A stretch of 45,251 nt of DNA from Octopus sinensis (taxonomy: Eukaryota). Of the stretch, positions 23,865 to 36,517 are shown in pieces. The notes under the pieces are model-generated. The model was not told the origin of the DNA and made no database searches. It saw nothing but the letters and a program-made list of their open reading frames with translations. The position numbers and the translations under genes were made by a program. The stretch is taken from NCBI RefSeq assembly GCF_006345805.1, contig NW_021834822.1, forward strand, positions 1 through 45,251. The letters are read 5' to 3'. How positions within the stretch are numbered: the stretch's first letter is position 1; each line of letters begins with the position of its first letter.

Positions 23865-24071
23865 CAGTGGTTCGCAATCGGGTCCATTTAAGTTCGGGGG
23901 TCCATATAAGATATTTTTGCTAAAAAGTATGTGCAATAAATTGCAAATGCTTCAAAAGTACACAAAATATTTTAACATTTTTTTTATTACAATTCGCAGT
24001 AATCTTTAGTTATAACAACATAATGCGATTTTTTAAACATCGAGGAGGTAAAAAATGGTTGAGAACCAGTG
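23865..24071. mobile_element. hAT (Charlie-like) MITE, 207 bp
   Basis: CAGTGGTTCGCAATC / GGTTGAGAACCAGTG ends; 8-bp TSD GCTTACTA / GCTTAGTA (7/8 match). Confidence 0.85.
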
Positions 24072-24140
24072 GCTTAGTACAAAGGGTAAAAGGTAAATGC
24101 ATAAATAACTAAATGGACGAACATGCTGAATATTAAAGAC

Positions 24141-24451
24141 GGTAAAAGATCCCCTTCGGTCATGAACGACCATGTGATTGTACCTATAAGGCTGTCCTCC
24201 GAGGCCACACGCCCGGGAAAGCTTGTTGATAGAAGACAAGCAGTCGTTCATACATACCAGCCTCCCTTCTCCACACCTTCGATGTTATCTAAGAGAAAGG
24301 CCGATATAGCTTGGCACCAGTAACACATTTCTACAGCTGAATGAGCCGAAGCAATGTGAAATAAAGTGTCTTGCTCAACCCGGTCTGGAAATCGAACTGA
24401 TTTCCTCATGACTGTGAGGCCGACGCTCTAACCACTGAGCCATACACCTTC
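24141..24451 (-). mobile_element. tRNA-derived SINE, family D
   Basis: A box TGGCTCAGTGG, B-box-like GTTCGATTTCC, TTGAGCAAGACACTT block, 3' GTTCATGACCGAAGGGGATCT. Confidence 0.85.
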
Positions 24452-24554
24452 ACTATAAAGCTGCTGCATCATTAAAATAAATATACATACTCCAAATATC
24501 CTTTTGTTTGACATAAGTCCATATTTCTAATAGCAATGCATAGAAGGATTAAAT

Positions 24555-24606
<52 letters not shown>

Positions 24607-25085
24607 CTGTAAGAACTCATTTTGCTTTAATCAGCATATGGCAGTAGAAGTAATATGGAAGTATAACTGGGTTTTTTTTTCACATGCCCGGATTTGGAAT
24701 GATTTTAAAAATCTATGGAAATTTAACCGAGACCATCTGATAATTCAATAAGATTTAATGCTATTTCCTTATAAATAAATTTTATATACACTTAAATGGG
24801 ATTTGCAAAATAAATTCTTTATATTTCATAGAGTACTTTGTTAAAGCGATTACACGTAAAAATAAGCACAAAAATCAAAAGCAGAAAAAACAAATGGACA
24901 ACGTGCATGAAAAATTACTACACTCGGATTTTTGCTCACTTTCAACTGCTGATGAAGCAAATCGTGTGTGTCTGTGTGCGTGTGATTCCTCAACATATAG
25001 CTATTAGATATAGAAATCTCTGCTCAGGAAAAGGAGATATAGACAATGTTTGTTTATTTTAATATGTGCACCCGATATTATTTAA

Positions 25086-26990
25086 CCCTTGGTCTACAAA
25101 CAACCTTTCCCGAGTGTGTGGCCTCGGAGAATAACCATGTAGGTACAATCACATGGTTGTTCATGACCAAAAGGGATCTTTTGCATGTCACTAATTACCA
25201 ACTGGGTCCAATGGACTTAATAGTTTTCTTTCAATTAAATTTCATTCAAACTACCACTATTTTTTAGCTACATTATATATGCTATCAGGTGAATGAAAAA
25301 TTATTGTTTCTCGCAAATTTTAATAAAAAAAATACAGCTTCCAGAATATATAAATTTTAAAAGATTACAAAAATGCAGAATTACAGTTCTTCATGGCAGT
25401 GTATGCAGACAAAATTGGAATGTTCCTGTCAAATATAGATATTGCCATTCTTACATACAATATGAGTTTTCCTGCCTTTTTTGGGCCTCACAAATACCAT
25501 CTTCCTTTTTTATGTGGTTGAGGAATCTCAAATGAGGTTGAAGATTGTCTTCTTTTCTTGTTTAGTTGAGAAATGTTAGCGCAACTAGAAGACTATTTGT
25601 CACGTTCTTGTTTAGCATTAACCCCAGCAAGTTCCTTTCCTAACTGAATTAGGCGGTATCTTCTTTTATCCTTGAAACTTTGCAAGTGAAGCTGTTTAGC
25701 AACAATGAAAGGATTCACTAACTTTTAGCAATCATGTTGTAGAATATATTCATAGGCAACCTTAGAGTCATTCTTTTGCAAGTGTATGCCCTTACCATCT
25801 TATCTAGGATATCTTTTTACCGTCTTATCTAGGGTATCTTCTTTCTATGTTGTCCCCTTGTGGGAAATAAAAAAAATCATCTTATCTAGGGTATCTACTC
25901 CTCCTTTTGTTTTGTTGTAGCATGTAATAACTTCAGGTTTCTTTTCAGCTCTTTTTGAATCAATTGAAAGCTGAGAGTGCATTGTACTTATAAGTGTGAC
26001 TACATAATTTTTCTTGGGACAGTAAAATAGGATCATGGAATCCTTTTGAAATCCAAATATTGTGCTGTTGATTTCTCTTTTTTTTTCCATTTGTGAAAGC
26101 ACTTGGAAGTTCAACTCTTCTTTCTAATTGTTTCATCTGAAGGAGTTTTCTTGCTAAGCAGCTTTCGAGCCGATCCTAGACTTCTAAAAATATTATCACA
26201 AGTTATATTGCGACCAGTATTTTCAAGTTCTTTTACTAGGTCTTCAACAACCCTTGAACCTTGATTTGTCTCCCTTTTACTGGGTCTTTTTAAGTGTAGA
26301 TTTGCATTTTCCAGGCATAAGATATTTCCCTATCGCATATTGCCCAAACTTTAATTCCATATTTCCCTGGTTTTGAAAGAATATATACGTAGAATGGGAA
26401 GCATCCTCTGAATGAAACTAATTGTTCATCACTGTCATGCATGAGCTTGAAACATATCCATCTTGCAAATTCTGATTCGACATTTCAAATACTTCTCTTA
26501 ACGGCTCCACTTTATCATAACTTCGCTTTTTTTCTTCTTGCACTAGCATCATCAAAGCGCAATACTTGTAAAAATCTGTTGAAATCTTCCCTGTTTCATA
26601 ATTTTGTTGGGCGGCCATCTTCTTGACTCCATATCTGTGTGACATTTTCATGTTTAGATTTATAACACCTATAACAATAATCAGTGCAATAAATTTCTTT
26701 ATTTCAGAGTCATCAATTTCCTTCCATTTATCTTTGTAAACAACCTGACCTTCAACATTTGTCCATTTACGAATAACTTCAAGAAGATTCTGGTACGTAA
26801 AGATAGTAAAACATGTTTCCTTACAAGACCTTTTAGCAAAACGGGATTGTCCATATTCTTGGCGCACAATATTGCAAGATGAAGTTCTTACTGCCACTTG
26901 AGTAAGAGGATTAGGATGCAAAACGTCTTGTCTGTCCCTAGAAACATATTACTCGTTCATAACTGGGTGGTTTGAGTGATGAAAGAAGGC
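25086..26990 (-). mobile_element. Decayed piggyBac transposon (PGBD4-like transposase pseudogene)
   Basis: KPEVITCYNKTKGGVDTLDKM, SKPGKYGIKVW, GRNITCDN, VTLISTMH motifs with stops and frameshifts. TTAA|CCCTT at 25082-25090 is a likely terminus; the other end was not found. Confidence 0.88.
25091..25182 (+). mobile_element. SINE family D 3' fragment inside the presumed piggyBac terminus
   Basis: GTGTGGCCTCGGAG...AGGTACAATCACATGGTTGTTCATGACCAAAAGGGATCT matches the 3' end of 24141-24451. Confidence 0.75.
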
Positions 26991-27102
26991 TAATAATGAC
27001 CGTTTTTTTTTGCCCGTCCTAATTGTTGTTTCTCTTGTCCACCTATGTATCGTCTATCTGTCGGAACGTTTTAATGCCTTCTATTGTGTTTTGGTTCCAT
27101 AT

Positions 27103-27177
<75 letters not shown>

Positions 27178-27181
<4 letters not shown>

Positions 27182-27289
27182 CCTGCTCGCTTAGCTAGCG
27201 GGGTGGCGTCGTTCGAAGGCTAAAACAATGCGAGCGCATTGTGACCAGCGATTTGTAACAACATCTGATGTTCTGGTCGGTCACGTGAT

Positions 27290-27297
<8 letters not shown>
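27178..27297 (+). mobile_element. GC-rich island in (TA)n, probable retroelement 3' end
   Basis: About 120 bp flanked on both sides by (TA)n; ends in (CACGTGAT)2 after a GACCAG/CTGGTC hairpin. Confidence 0.5.
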
Positions 27298-27364
<67 letters not shown>

Positions 27365-27399
27365 TATTTACTACTATTGACACAAACCCTGAAACTTTA

Positions 27400-27522
27400 G
27401 AGTAGGCAGTTTGCCGATTGCATCGACCACATTGTTTGAAAGGTAGTTATTTTAACGACCCCGGAAGTAAGAAAGGCAAAGTTGACCTCAGGGGAATTTG
27501 AACTCAGAACGTAATGACGGAC
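27400..27522 (-). mobile_element. SINE family A fragment
   Basis: GAAAGGCAAAGTTGACCTCAGGGGAATTTGAACTCAGAACGTAA. Confidence 0.75.
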
Positions 27523-28029
27523 CAAGAGAGAGAGAGAGACACACACACACAGACAGAAAGAAAGAGAGTGAGAGAGAGAGAGAGAGAGAGAGTACATGCG
27601 TGTCCATGGATATGTGTGTCAATATATACACACACACATAGACAGCTATTTATAAGCGTGTGCGAATGACACCGTTTCCGGTATGTGCGAATTAGTATTT
27701 ACGCGTCGTTCCAGAGTGTTTTACAACTTTTACTTCCATAATACTATGCCTACTTTGGTGAATGTCTTGGAAAGAAAGCGATTAACCGTTATATATTAGG
27801 CAATATAAATATATTCTCATGCCTACGCAGCAGTTTACACACGAATGTATGTATATTTACATAAAATACAGACTTCCATACATTCATACAAGTACATACA
27901 TAGATACATGCATACATGCATGCATACATACATATATATATACATACATACGCTTGTCTGTGTATACGAGTACATGTATATATGGATATGTGTATAGAAA
28001 TGTGTATGTACATATACATATACATGCAT

Positions 28030-28065
<36 letters not shown>

Positions 28066-28886
28066 GTATGTATACATGCACGCACACTACACCCATGCAT
28101 ATTTGTATATAGAACATACATATGTATATATATGTATATATATATATACATATGTATGTATAGATATATATTATATATATGTATGTATGTATACATATAT
28201 ACATATATACACACATAATCCCTGTAGACATGCTGTACATACAAAGAAGTTCTCATGTGCATACACTATATGAGGGTATGTTTATATTAACCTGCGCGCG
28301 CTTATAAACATACACACATAGGTATGTATGTGAACACACAAACACATACACACACATATGTATGCGTGTATTCATTTCGTATATTTGTGTGTGTGTGTGT
28401 GTGTGTGTGTGTGAGCTTGTTTGCATAGTACATATATAGGCTGATATTTTACATACGCACGTATCCCAAGAATCTATTCGACAGGAACTGATGAAAACCA
28501 CGCAAAACTCCCCATCTGTTTTTAATTCGAGTTCCAAATACGCAAGCCAGGACTTAGCAGATCTAATGTTGCTCGCATTGCTCCGTCCTTCTTCCGGAAG
28601 AGACCAGCAGACATCTGCAAGGGAACTCACTGTAGTTGTTTATATAGATTAAGGGGATTTAGGGGAGCTTATAGTGCATAGGGGGTCTTTGCCCGAGGCA
28701 ATCGTTCTGCAAAATAGATGTAACAGCATTTAAATTTTTAAGCCTTATCTCTCCACTATCGCCGTTCTACGCCTATATACACAGAAACATATCAACATCA
28801 TGTACAAATACAAGATCACACGCAATCGCACACATATACAACTCTGTATGTATGCATGTATGCTTGCATATATGTATGTATTTATG

Positions 28887-28990
28887 TCATTGTTCAGTTT
28901 TATTTTAAGATTTCATGCCAATAGGGAAAAAGCCGGTTTTCAACATAGATCCAAGGCTCCTTCATTGGAATTTCAACTTCAACAACCAGG
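28887..28990 (-). mobile_element. Isolated 3' terminus of the adjacent R4/Dong-type element
   Basis: Homologous to 29019-29121 (TAGATCCAAGGCTCCTTCATTGGAATTTCAAC); flanked by (TATG)n. Confidence 0.85.
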
Positions 28991-29018
28991 TATGTATGTA
29001 TGTATGTATGCATATATG

Positions 29019-30015
29019 TCATTATTCAGTTTCTTTCAAGATTTCTTTCCAGCAGAGAAAGAACCGGTTTTTAACCTAGATCCAAAGCTCCTTCACTGGA
29101 ATTTCAACATCAGCAACAGGGTATTTTTGTTTGTATGTATGTATGTGCAGATTTGTATGTTTTATGTATGTATTCTTATGCATATAGTTGCATATCTAGA
29201 CACGCTCATATAAACATCTGGAAAGTTTTACAGATTTTTACAGTTCCAGTCATGGACTGGATCATTAGTCTTCGAATTAGCTTTCTCTTTTCTGGTTTTA
29301 ATAAGCCCACTTTCTTAAGATTGGTATTTAGACAGTGTGTTACATATCCCAGGGCTCCAATAATTACAGGTATAAACCTGAACTTTGGATTGAATAACGG
29401 CAGATTTCTCAATAGTTAAGCATAGGTATTCTCTTTTTCACTGATCTTCAGCCTTTTTATTAACATCCGTTGGGCAGCTAATTTCCACAACTGCGCACAG
29501 TTTCCCTTCTTTATCTCAACTCATTATATTAGGTCTGTTGTGCTTACATTTCATTGAGGTCTTCACTAGGACATTCCACCAGTACTCCTTTGTATTATGA
29601 GTGACTATGGCTACTATCATGCTGTGAGTACTTATTTCTTTGTCCTCGGGGTTATCCTTCCGACGTATAACATCATGACTCATCGGTAGCTATAACATCA
29701 TGTCTCACCGGTAGATCAACCGTGATGACATTTTCGAACAACTGCTTGTGATGTGGGTGATAGCTTCGGTATTAACTCCACAAAGTCTGAATAGGTTGTC
29801 ACATTTTACTGCTTTTTCTGCAGCTCCATCGCTTTTGTGTATCAGGTATTTGGTTGATATTTCCTTTTCCTGGATGGCAAACGCATACCCTCCAAAGTAG
29901 GAGGTAGTAATCCGGCTATTGATCCATGATAGGCTGCTTTGATGATCAATGTTAGTATCAACTCGGAGCTTTCTACTCACATATTCATGCTTAGTCTTCT
30001 GCTCATATAGGCTCA
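29019..30015 (-). mobile_element. 5'-truncated R4/Dong-type retrotransposon (CCHC, RLE, 3' UTR) in (CATA)n
   Basis: YAFAIQEKEI, FRLCGVNTEAITHITSSC (degenerate CCHC), WWNV, HNRPNI, VVEISCP, FIPVIIGALG; contains stops and frameshifts. Confidence 0.88.
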
Positions 30016-30155
30016 TGTATGTATGTATGTATGTGTGTATGTATGTATGTATGTATGTATGCATGTACGTATATATGAATCTGTACGTATTTACGTATGT
30101 ATATTTGTATACACATAAACATACTCTCACACACATATATATATATATATATCTA

Positions 30156-30191
<36 letters not shown>

Positions 30192-30206
30192 TATATATAT
30201 ATATGC

Positions 30207-30250
<44 letters not shown>

Positions 30251-30274
30251 TCATATATATATATATGCATATAT

Positions 30275-30321
<47 letters not shown>

Positions 30322-30405
30322 CATACATATATGTATATATACACATATATGTGTACACACAACATACACACACGCATATATATGTGTGTGTCTGTGTATG
30401 TATAA
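30016..30405. repeat. (TATG)n/(TA)n microsatellite block
   Basis: Visible arrays. Confidence 0.92.
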
Positions 30406-30793
30406 TATAGTGAGAGGGGGTAGAAAAAAAAGCTATTTCTTTTTGAGTTTCCGATATAAGTAAAGTAGCAGTGTCTACTGGTAGAGTGCACGTGTTTGCA
30501 AGTGTTGACAAAAGACAAATGTAATAGTTGAAACGAAAGTGTTTCACATAGACAGGTACACGGCAAGGATACAGAGCATGGATAATTATAAATGTTTTGT
30601 GGTGCTAACTTAGCAAAGTATGAAAGTTCTTTCACATCCTGGTGGTCGTTAAGAATAGACCAAAAAAAAACCAAACAAATGAACAAAGAAACAGTTTAAA
30701 GCGTCGTAGGATGAAATCGAAAAGAAACCTAGAAAGGCAAGAGGAAGAAAAATGATATCTCTCACTAATAATAGCAATGTTAATAATTTCTTT

Positions 30794-30910
30794 AAGGTGG
30801 GGAGCTGGTAGGTTTGTTAGCACGCCGTATTCACGTTCTGAGTTCGACGTCGATTGACATCCTTTCGGTGTCAATAAAATGTCTGCCTTGTGCCGAAATT
30901 TGGAATCAAT
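30794..30910 (+). mobile_element. SINE family A, internally deleted
   Basis: AAGGTGGGGAGCTGG head, CGTTCTGAGTTC, CATCCTTTCGGTGTCAATAAAA. Confidence 0.7.
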
Positions 30911-32203
30911 ATTTATAATTTTCCCTGATATAATACTAGAAAGCTAATCTTAGTTTACGATCATAATTCATATATAGTACGTTACGTCTGTTTAGAAATT
31001 TCTCTGTATTGCCTTATATAATTTTCAGGGACACACGCAAACAGAATCTTTAGGCTCGTTTATCGCTTTGGTAAAGCTCGGTTGAATCTATAACTGACCG
31101 ATTAACGTAATATCTTATATTCTTAAATTTCAGACTAGATATGTGCTGGTAGAAAATTCTAGTGAGGTAGAAAATTCTAGTTTACTATAAATAATGTTTA
31201 TGAGCAGATTTTTATTTATAGAAACGTGTAATATAAATTTCGAATACAGTTATCATCCATGAGACAATCTTCATTAGATTTACAATTACAGCGTTTTCTT
31301 ATGCTGGCAGTCAATTTATATACGTATATAATTTTGGATGCATTAATTTGTCTGCTTGATATTTGTACTAAAGTCAACAGGGCTTATTCGCCAGCACCTA
31401 TATAATTAACATTCTCAAATTTTTTACGTTTACTCATCGGGTATTTATTATTTTCTCTCATCCATCTTCAAGTTGTAGATCTGTTCCGTGTAGTATAAGA
31501 ATGTATATTATTCCCATCCTTGAGTAAAAATAATCCCCTATAATTCCTTCTGACTTTAGCCATATTACAAGCCATATTATAATGTCTGCGAGCTGGATAT
31601 GACGGCTTAATTGTTTTTCTATTATATATCATATATGTGGATTGAAATTTCTTTCCAGTATTTCGAAAAAAAAAAACAAATTCGGGATGGGTATTTTAAT
31701 TTAATTAGCGAAATGCACATTTTATCAGGAATTTCGCGCTTCCTTCATGCTTTCCCTGCAACTAATAACTGTATGCGTCCTAGATATAAATTTGATAGAA
31801 GTTAAGATCAACCCCACGGAAATGAACATCTCTAGAAAGCGAATCATTGTATGTTTATCGTCTCTTTCTATTCTATCCTGTTTATAAGCGCTGTTATTTT
31901 CAGTGACGTGGGTACCATCAACTACGCTAGTGGTAATAATCATTGTGTAAGTTGTTCGATCAATAGGATTTAAAGTTGACCTCTTTCCAACCAGCTAATT
32001 TTTGGTATTCCAGTATTGTTAGTACCGAATGCTAGCTCAAGTCTAGTGTTCTTAAAATTGGAAATACACTTCTGGCCTCTACAATTAAGAGCCTCAGTAC
32101 TCTACATTATTTCTAAATATCGTATCAGTAGGAGATAGGTTAGGGATCCTTATGGAAATATATTAAACTAAACTATCTCTGGCTGAATTAAGATGATTTG
32201 ACA

Positions 32204-32204
<1 letters not shown>

Positions 32205-32280
<76 letters not shown>

Positions 32281-32333
32281 CTATCTATCTATCTTCTATC
32301 TATCTATCTATCTATCATCTATCTATCTATCTA

Positions 32334-32402
<69 letters not shown>
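32205..32402. repeat. (TCTA)n microsatellite
   Basis: Visible array. Confidence 0.97.
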
Positions 32403-32407
<5 letters not shown>

Positions 32408-33049
32408 ATTGTTGGTCCTCGTTCGGCTTAACGTATGGGCAATATGAATTTGAGTCGAGGTCTGATATAAGATATAGGAAATTTACGTATTTTAAACCTT
32501 TTTTAAAGTGATGCATAAATTAAAATAACAGAATGGGATTTTCTAGGCCTTTCTAAGAAAAAAAGGGGATTAATTACATACAGTTAGGAGAACGTCACCC
32601 CCGTACATACCAACTTGCAACATAGGAAATAATTTGGAAAGTTCGTACAGCAAGTCAGATACCTGGGCCGAATCTAATTACCCCTGGTTATGTAAAACCC
32701 ATTTTCCCTGTACGCTCAAGTTCAACAGTCACCGTGGAAACAAATTCGTGTCCTGACTGTCATAAACACGGTATAATGCTTGTTTCATTCTTGCTAATAA
32801 CCACAATTTTATTTCCGAAAATGAAAAATATATTTAAGAAAACTCGGGTGATAGAAACGAATAGTTGTTTACGTCAGATGGTAGAAATGATAATTTACTT
32901 TTATTTTTCATATTCACGAAACAGATAACGACTTCTTTTGAAAATTTTATCAGGTATAGATGTATATAGTCTGTAACTGCAGGTATTATGCTATCTAATA
33001 TCGACTTGCTAATCCTATTTTATTTCAGCTTCAGCTGCGTCTACCAGCT

Positions 33050-33632
33050 TTATCTTTTATCTGTTACTTGTTTCAGCCATTAAACTGCGGCCATGCTGGG
33101 GAACCGCTTTCAAGAATTTCTTCGCTGAATGAATTGATCCCAGTACTTATTTTTTGTTAAGCCTGGTACTTATTCTATCGTTCTTTCTTTCCGAACTGCT
33201 AAGTTACAGGTACGTAAACGCACTAACACCTGTTGCCAAGGTATTATATATATTTTTTTTCTTTACTACCCACAAGGGGCTAAACATAGAGGGGACAAAC
33301 AAGGACAGACAAAGGGATTAAGTCAATTACATCGACCTCAGTGCAAAACTAGTACTTAATTTATCGACTCCGAAAGGATGAAAGGCAAAGTCTACCTCGG
33401 CGGAATTTGAACTCAGAACGTAACGACAGACGAAATACCGCTAAGCATTTCGCCCGGCGCGCTAACGTTTCCGCCAGCTCGCCGCCTTATATATTATATA
33501 TATACGACAGGCTTCTTTGAGTTTCCGTATAACAAATCCACTCATAGAAGGCACTTGCCCAAAAGGCCATGCAGTAGGATTGAACCAGGACCTATGTAGT
33601 TGGGAAGCAAGCTTCTTACCACACAGCCACGC
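33050..33632 (-). mobile_element. SINE family B interrupted by a young SINE family A copy (33255-33489)
   Basis: Family B 3' part at 33050-33240 and head at 33500-33632 flank a complete family A copy on the same strand. Confidence 0.85.
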
Positions 33633-33639
33633 TTTATGG

Positions 33640-34170
33640 AGTTTCTTTCTTTTCAAAATTGTCTAGTTTGTGGTCTTCCAAAATTAAGCAATGATATTTA
33701 AGCCTTAGAGGTTTAGTTCTATCAATTTCTAAAGTAGTAACTAAAGAATCTGCGTTAACGTTGATGCCATTCATGCTATTCACGTTATTCCTCCTTCTTA
33801 TAATTCTTATTCAGTTCCTTTTGAGTAAACGTCATATATGTAATACGGCCATAGAGAGGCTCTTTCCAGTTTTATCCGAAGGCTCACGTAACTTCTCGGG
33901 TTTTCGTATTTTCTTAACGATCTCTAAACGTTTCCTTTGAAAATGATTTTGATGCTTCCGGAATTTTATGTTCTTGATGATTTTAAGAACAACCCTTTCA
34001 AAAGAATCCAAATGTTGGTTATGTGAAGATTTAAGAGTCTTGAAGCGGTATAAGTATCTATTCCTTTCCTTATCAGATGGGTTTCAATTTATCCATTTCG
34101 AATACATGTATTTGCAGAATTAAGATGCATTCAAAATTTCAGGCATAATTTTTGCTTCTTAATGTATTGC
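33640..34170 (-). mobile_element. Penelope-like element remnant (pre-RT region, Naiad-like)
   Basis: Hand translation YRFKTLKS...LDSFERVVLKIIKNIKFRKHQNHFQRK...PSDKTGK...KNYKK...GIN...LEIDR...ILEDHKLDNF matches the recalled PLE motifs IKNIxFR, ADKT, YKK and LKDHKxNF. Not in the ORF track. Confidence 0.7.
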
Positions 34171-34220
34171 AAATGTGATTCAAAAAGTTAATACACACAC
34201 ACACGCACACACACACACAC

Positions 34221-34273
<53 letters not shown>

Positions 34274-34551
34274 GAACACGCGCACGCTCGCACAAGCGTG
34301 CACAATGCCATCAGGCAGATTCGATGGTGTAGGATATATTGTATTGCGGTAATTGTCCAGGTTCTCTACGCTATGGGTTCTTATTCCACTGGTGTCATCT
34401 TACATTCATTCTTTCGGTGTCAATAAACAGTCGTGTTCTTTCTTTCGTTTTCTGGGAAAATTTGTTTCTGGTCCGACCTGGAGTAGAATGGGCTCCAGGT
34501 TACTGAGATGAAGGCTCACTGATGCATTGATGGCCTATAGTACGGTTTGTC

Positions 34552-34632
<81 letters not shown>

Positions 34633-34689
34633 ACTATCTATATATCTATCAAGGGAGAATTTACGAAAAAAACAAAAGACGAAGACAGG

Positions 34690-34985
34690 TGGTGGCACCT
34701 TGCTCACGTGTCTTGTGAGTGAATTTGGTAGACGGAAACTGAAAGAAGCCCGTCGTATATATGTATATGTAAATATCCATATTTTTATACGTGTGTGTCT
34801 TTGTGTCTGTGTTTGTCCTCCCACCTTCGCCTAACAACCGATGCTGGTGTGTTTATGTTCCCGTAACTTAGCAGTTCGGCCAAAGAAACCGATTGAACAA
34901 GTACTAGGCTTACAAAGAATAAGTCCTGGTGTGGATTGCTTCGACTAAAATTCCTTTAAGGCGGTGCTCCAGCAATGGCTGCAAT
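34690..34985 (+). mobile_element. SINE family B, 5'-truncated
   Basis: GGTAGACGGAAACTGAAAGAAGCCCGTCG ... AAGGCGGTGCTCCAGCA. Confidence 0.85.
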
Positions 34986-35108
34986 CATCCCTCCGTCCCT
35001 CCCTCCATCCATCCATTTATTTATCCATCCATACATCCATACATCCATACATACATTTATACCCCTCCACACACTTCCCTTCTCTCTTCCCCTAAGTCTC
35101 TTTGTATA

Positions 35109-35510
35109 GGCGCGGGAGTGGCTATGTGGTAAGTAGCTTGCTAACCAACCACATGGTTCCGGGTTCAGTCCCACTGCGTGGCATCTTGGGCAAGTGTCTT
35201 CTGCTATAGCCCCGGGCCGACCAATGCCTTGTGAGTGTATTTGGTAGACAGAAACTGAAAGAAGCCTGTCGTATATATGTATATATATGTATGTGTGTGT
35301 CTGTGTTTATCCCCGTAGCATTGCTTGACAACCGATGCTGGTGTGTTTATGTCCCCGTCACTTAGCGGTTCGGCAAAAGAGACCGATAGAATAAGTACTG
35401 GGCTTACAAAGAATAAGTCCCAGGGTCGAGTTGCTCGACTAAAGGCGGTGCTCCAGCATGGCCGCAGTCAAATGACTGAAACAGGTAAAAGAGTAAAAGA
35501 GTAAAGAGTA
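35109..35510 (+). mobile_element. SINE family B, full length, young
   Basis: tRNA-like head, CTTGGGCAAGTGTCTT CORE-like block, (AAAAGAGT)n tail; nearly identical to 38284-38645. Confidence 0.93.
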
Positions 35511-35567
<57 letters not shown>

Positions 35568-35723
35568 AAATAAATATAAGAGAGTGGTCACTATATTGCT
35601 CACTCTAGCACCAGTTAATCCAAAGGTTTCAAACCACGAAAATACATGTTTCCCATGAAAGTCAGTACGACTGTTAGCTCACACGGACAGGGCAAATAAA
35701 AAATAACAAAAATACAGATTATT

Positions 35724-35799
35724 TTGGGACAATGTTTTCGCTATTAATGAATTAAATGTAATATTACTTACAAAAATCCATTTGTAGCTCGTCAGCCAA
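35724..35799 (-). ncRNA. Type I hammerhead ribozyme, left-arm copy
   Basis: TTGG-CTGACGA-GCTA...TAGC-GAAA-ACATTG-TC-CCAA; stem III differs from the right-arm copy by an AC/CA swap. Confidence 0.7.
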
Positions 35800-36517
35800 G
35801 ACTATCTGGATGAAATCCACTCAATCACACGCCAGATTTTACCATAACGATAAATACGCGTGTGGTTCAATTGATTACATCCGACGTTATAATTCAAATG
35901 CCCCAACCAACAGCGCGCCAAACTTTCACGGATAACAAAACAGCATTTAGAAATAAATGCAGTATAATTATAATTAATTAATAAGGGTGAGAGAATTAGA
36001 TACTAATTTAATAGTATATTTATTCAACACCAAGTGGCCTAGTGCTACGAGAAACCTGGATTATTATAATATTTTATAACATATTATAATATTTTTACAA
36101 AATAAATATAAGAGAGTGGTCACTATATTGCTCACTCTAGCACCAGTTAATCCAAAGAAACCTTTTGGATTAACTGGTGCTAGAGTGAGCAATATAGTGA
36201 CCACTCTCTTATATTTATTTTGTAAAAATATTATAATATGTTATAAAATATTATAATAATCCAGGTTCTCGTAGCACTAGGCCACTTGGTGTTGAATAAA
36301 TATACTATTAAATTAGTATCTAATTCTCTCACCCTATTAATTAATTATAATTATACTGAATTTATTTCTAATGCTGTATTTGTTTTCCGTGAAAGTTTGG
36401 CGCGCTGTTGGTTGGGGCATTTGAATTATAACGTCGGATGTAATCAATTGAACCACACGCGTATTATCGTTATGGTAAAATCTGGCGTGTGATTGAGTGG
36501 ATTTCATCCAGATAGTC

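Noticed and set aside
28460-28640. GC-richer unique stretch, open in a frame on each strand, with possible minus-strand splice signals
   Set aside because: No recognisable protein similarity or partner exons. It cannot be supported without RNA-seq or homology, though it remains the best host-exon candidate.
36286-36492. 68-aa ORF within the palindrome unit
   Set aside because: No recognisable motif, non-ATG start, and the frame is not preserved in the other arm because of indels.
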